Of a DNA stretch of 64,000 bases, positions 61,229-64,000 are shown piece after piece. The stretch comes from an uncultured Christensenella sp. (GTDB lineage: Bacteria > Bacillota > Clostridia > Christensenellales > UBA1242). Made by a program: the position numbers and the translations under genes. The stretch spans positions 78,408 to 142,407 of the forward strand of contig CAJUGX010000001.1 of assembly GCA_910586385.1 (NCBI GenBank), given 5' to 3'. The notes under the pieces were generated by a model. It ran no database searches, was not told the origin of the DNA, and saw only the letters and a list, made by a program, of their open reading frames with translations. Position 1 is the stretch's first letter. Each line of letters starts with the position of its first letter.

Positions 61229-62332
61229 ATGAAAAAGGTTAAAATAGGCATTATTGGAACAGGTGTTGGAATAAGGACTCATTTGAAAGGGTTTAGAACA
61301 CTTGAAACGGCGGAAGTTGTTGCGATTTCTGGAAGCAATCCAAAAAGGAGCCAAGAATTTGCTGAAAAGTATGACATTCCTTTTGCTTGCGCTGACTATA
61401 AAGAACTATGTGATCGTGAAGATCTTGACCTTATTTGCATTACAACGCCAAATAGACTGCACTTTGACATGGTAAAATATGCACTTAAAACTGGCAAACA
61501 TATCCTTTGTGAAAAACCATTATCTGACGATAGCAAAGAAGTTAAGGAGTTGATAAAACTAACTAAGGATTACAATAACCTTACTCTTGTTGATCACCAA
61601 CTTAGATTTAATCCGTATATTCAAAAAATAAAGAGTTTAATTGATAAAGGCACTCTTGGAAAAGTATATTTAGTCAAAATCAATCAACAGGGATCTGGTT
61701 TTGCAAATGAAAATGCTGCTTGGTGTTGGAGTTTTGACGCCACACAAGGCGGTGGTGTTCGTTTGGCTATGGCTTCACATCTAACTGATTTGATACAATA
61801 TTGGTTTAATTCCCCAAAGCCAACAAGTGTTATGGGCTATCTTAATCCAATCACAAAAGAAAGAAAAGACGCAAAAGATAAAGTGAAAAAAGTGTCTGCA
61901 AGCACCGTTTGCAACGCAACAATAAACTTTGCTGATGAAATGCAAGCGATATTTACAATCAACGCGGGCTCTTATATGGAATCTCGTTTTGACATCCATA
62001 TCTTCGGTGATAAAGGCGAACTTACATTCTCGCTTCAAGACAAACTGAGTTTATTTTTGCGTTCCAATGTTGGCACAAAACAACAAGTGGAAGTATGCGG
62101 GGTTTTTGATGATGAAAAAGCAAATAAAGCTTCAATCTTTTCGGGCTCATTTAGATACTTCGCACCAAAACTTGTAAATTCAATCTTAAAGAAAAAATAT
62201 GACGCGATTAAAGAATGTGCAACATTCTCTGACGCTGAATACAACTTGAAGATTTTGGACGCTATCAAAGAGTCCGCAAATACAGGTCTATCAGTCCAAT
62301 TAAACAAGCCTAAAACAAATAAAAATATTTAA
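61229..62332 (+). CDS. Gfo/Idh/MocA-family NAD(P)-dependent oxidoreductase
   Basis: KIGIIGTGVGIRTH.., ..HILCEKPL.. (EKP motif). Confidence 0.85.
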   Translation: MKKVKIGIIGTGVGIRTHLKGFRTLETAEVVAISGSNPKRSQEFAEKYDIPFACADYKELCDREDLDLICITTPNRLHFDMVKYALKTGKHILCEKPLSDDSKEVKELIKLTKDYNNLTLVDHQLRFNPYIQKIKSLIDKGTLGKVYLVKINQQGSGFANENAAWCWSFDATQGGGVRLAMASHLTDLIQYWFNSPKPTSVMGYLNPITKERKDAKDKVKKVSASTVCNATINFADEMQAIFTINAGSYMESRFDIHIFGDKGELTFSLQDKLSLFLRSNVGTKQQVEVCGVFDDEKANKASIFSGSFRYFAPKLVNSILKKKYDAIKECATFSDAEYNLKILDAIKESANTGLSVQLNKPKTNKNI

Positions 62333-62350
62333 TTTGGAGTTTTAATAGCA

Positions 62351-63274
62351 TTGAAACAAGGGATTCAAAAAAGAATTGATGAACGATTTAAAGATGTAAA
62401 AGGTATAAGCCCAGAATGGTTTATAAGATTTTTTGATATGCTTGATAAATGTGGAGTTGCCCAAGAGACAATCTCAAAGGCGTTGGACTTTGCATTGAGT
62501 GAAGAAAATCTCAACTCAACTGCAAAAAGTAGCAATCGTGACGGTTTTAATAAAGATCCCCGCCATACACCCGCTATGCTTGACGAATTCTTTACATATT
62601 TGACAAATATATCAAATGAAATAGGGATTGACCGCTTCCGCGAATTTTTGGAAGATACCCTTTCACAAATGGAAATTGACTTTGATGATCTCTCAAAACA
62701 AGATCATACAAAAAACACTTGCTTTAAAAATTTATTCTTAAAATACTTAGTCAAATCGCACCCAAAAGATGTGCAGCTTATCAATAGCAAAACACCAATC
62801 GAAGAATTGTCGCCAGAAACTGATATAAGCACAATTGATTTGAAAATTGGCGGAATGTCAATCGGTGACATTCATTTTGAAGAAGTTGCAGGCAACCCAC
62901 CAATGATAACTTTCACAGATTTGAGAACTTTGCCCGGATTGGAAAGAATGGGCTTGGGAAGTTATGTTTTCAGAGAATTTTGCAAACAAGTCAACGAACA
63001 TAAACATGGCTACTCTGTTTTGGCTTGGAATGTTGTAAAAGACAAAGACGGAAGCAAAGTATATCCAAAATGGGGCGCCTACCCTGTAAAAGCCTATGTT
63101 GAGAACGATTTTTGGGAAATTGACACCACCCCACTCACAGACAAAGAAATGGACGAATGGTATGGTGCCCATGGCAGAGCATATTATTTCTCGCCAGAGA
63201 AGATTGAAGAAATAAGCAAACAACCTAACAATCGCTATGGCAAACAAGAAAAAGTTGAAGAACTTGCATTGTAA
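62351..63274 (+). CDS. Hypothetical protein with a GNAT-like C-terminal half
   Basis: TTG start, so the start is uncertain. The C-terminal ..LERMGLGSYVFREFCKQ.. resembles GNAT motif A. Confidence 0.45.
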   Translation: MKQGIQKRIDERFKDVKGISPEWFIRFFDMLDKCGVAQETISKALDFALSEENLNSTAKSSNRDGFNKDPRHTPAMLDEFFTYLTNISNEIGIDRFREFLEDTLSQMEIDFDDLSKQDHTKNTCFKNLFLKYLVKSHPKDVQLINSKTPIEELSPETDISTIDLKIGGMSIGDIHFEEVAGNPPMITFTDLRTLPGLERMGLGSYVFREFCKQVNEHKHGYSVLAWNVVKDKDGSKVYPKWGAYPVKAYVENDFWEIDTTPLTDKEMDEWYGAHGRAYYFSPEKIEEISKQPNNRYGKQEKVEELAL

Positions 63275-63289
63275 ATTTAAGGAGCGAAT

Positions 63290-64000
63290 ATGAATTTAGC
63301 AGAAGTTAATAAAAAGATTGTTGATAGAAGTGATTTGTTCTATTGGCAAGCTGAAAGACGTGTGACTGAACAGGAAGCAGCTGAAATATGGAAAGACAGA
63401 CACGCCGCGATCAAAAATGACGAATTGTTGAAAGCTGTAAATAAAGCACTTGTTGGAGAGAAGTGTGTTTCTATTGATGAAGTAGATCCCGAAAAACAAG
63501 AAGCAAATGGAAGTGTAAATTCAAATCGCATTGGATATTTGGCAAATGGGAAAAAAGTGATTATTCGTTGCCACCCACGCGGAGTTAAAAACGGATACTT
63601 CCATGTGGAATCTCTTGCTGCCAATTTGTTGGCGGAACATGGGCTGCCAACTTATCACACTTATGCAATCCATGATTGCGAAAATGAAAACGATTGTGCA
63701 TTTCAAGTTATTGAAAGAATTGACGGAATAAACATTGAAAACTTTTTACAAGCACACCCAGAGAAAGAACAAAAACTTGTTTTTGAAATGGGAAAAACAA
63801 TGGCGAATATCCACAAAATCAAAGTTGAAGGATTTGGACCTTTTGATAATGAACTTGCAAAAAAAGGAATTTTGAAAGGCGTTCACAACACTCTTTACGA
63901 GTCTGTTCTTGCAGGACTTGATTTTGATTTGGAAACGCTTGTCAGACACAATGTTTTGACAGCAGAAAAAGCAAAACAACATAAAGACTTATTTGTTGCA
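63290..64000 (+). CDS. APH/choline-kinase-fold phosphotransferase (paralogue 2), truncated by the window edge
   Basis: Not in the ORF track because it runs off the right edge. My translation from ATG 63290 (AAGGAG RBS) gives MNLAEVNKKIVDRSDLFYWQAERRVTEQEAAEIWKDRH..KVIIRCHPRGVKNGYFHVESL..NDCAFQVIERIDGI... This aligns along its whole length with the 58623 product. Confidence 0.75.
   Translation, partial: MNLAEVNKKIVDRSDLFYWQAERRVTEQEAAEIWKDRHAAIKNDELLKAVNKALVGEKCVSIDEVDPEKQEANGSVNSNRIGYLANGKKVIIRCHPRGVKNGYFHVESLAANLLAEHGLPTYHTYAIHDCENENDCAFQVIERIDGINIENFLQAHPEKEQKLVFEMGKTMANIHKIKVEGFGPFDNELAKKGILKGVHNTLYESVLAGLDFDLETLVRHNVLTAEKAKQHKDLFVA

Noticed and set aside
1-64000. Search for CRISPR arrays, integrases, transposases, prophage modules, rRNA genes and toxin-antitoxin pairs
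   Set aside because: I found no regularly spaced direct repeats, no tyrosine/serine recombinase or DDE motifs, no phage structural genes and no rRNA-like sequence by eye. Absence is based on visual inspection only.

Overview
This is a 64-kb chromosomal segment of a low-GC Gram-positive bacterium. It looks Clostridia-like: it carries a yabP-yabQ-divIC sporulation/division trio, lipobox lipoproteins, extended -10 TGnTATAAT promoters, GGAGG-type RBSs and a CCA-encoding tRNA-Ala. I count about 70 protein-coding genes (mostly minus strand), 1 tRNA, 1 tRNA-like fragment, a putative SAM-I riboswitch ahead of metK and many hairpin/T-run terminators. I saw no CRISPR array, integrase or transposase.

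Layout:
- 1-4.5 kb: a giant FN3-repeat surface lipoprotein that runs off the left edge and is missing from the ORF track.
- 4.7-11.4 kb: housekeeping genes (pseudouridine synthase, yabPQ/divIC, a heterodimeric ABC exporter with one degenerate ATP site).
- 11.5-19.4 kb: the stand-out. A seven-gene operon encodes a YdjI-type SPFH/zinc-ribbon protein, a membrane anchor, a TPR protein, two ESCRT-III-like proteins (one Snf7/CHMP4-like, one Vps2/Vps24/CHMP1-3-like), a MIT+AAA Vps4-like ATPase and a 1280-aa Zn-ribbon/TIR-like/TPR/multi-TM/GLUG-repeat protein. This amounts to an ESCRT-III/Vps4-type machine in a clearly bacterial context.
- 19.8 kb: a Cys-rich hydrophobic 65-aa peptide.
- 20.8-22.4 kb: a type II R-M locus whose endonuclease is frameshifted in a poly-A run.
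- 26-42 kb: a long minus-strand run of house-cleaning enzymes (six Nudix domains in five genes, 2 HD, HAD, MGMT, cytidine deaminase and others), including unusual fusions.
- 42.2-44.2 kb: an AT-rich islet (CAT-like acetyltransferase, SDR) ending at a tRNA 3'-end-like fragment.
- 45.9-55.5 kb: an AT-rich accessory block with an AddB-like Fe-S nuclease, a nuclease-less UvrD helicase, a PP-loop(PAPS-reductase)-ferredoxin fusion coupled to a cysteine desulfurase, and an HExxH protein.
- 55.7-64 kb: a PLP decarboxylase-PnuC pair and a 7+-gene small-molecule operon with duplicated APH-fold kinases.

All functional calls come from motif recognition by eye on the supplied translations and on my own translations. 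No database or structure search was possible.
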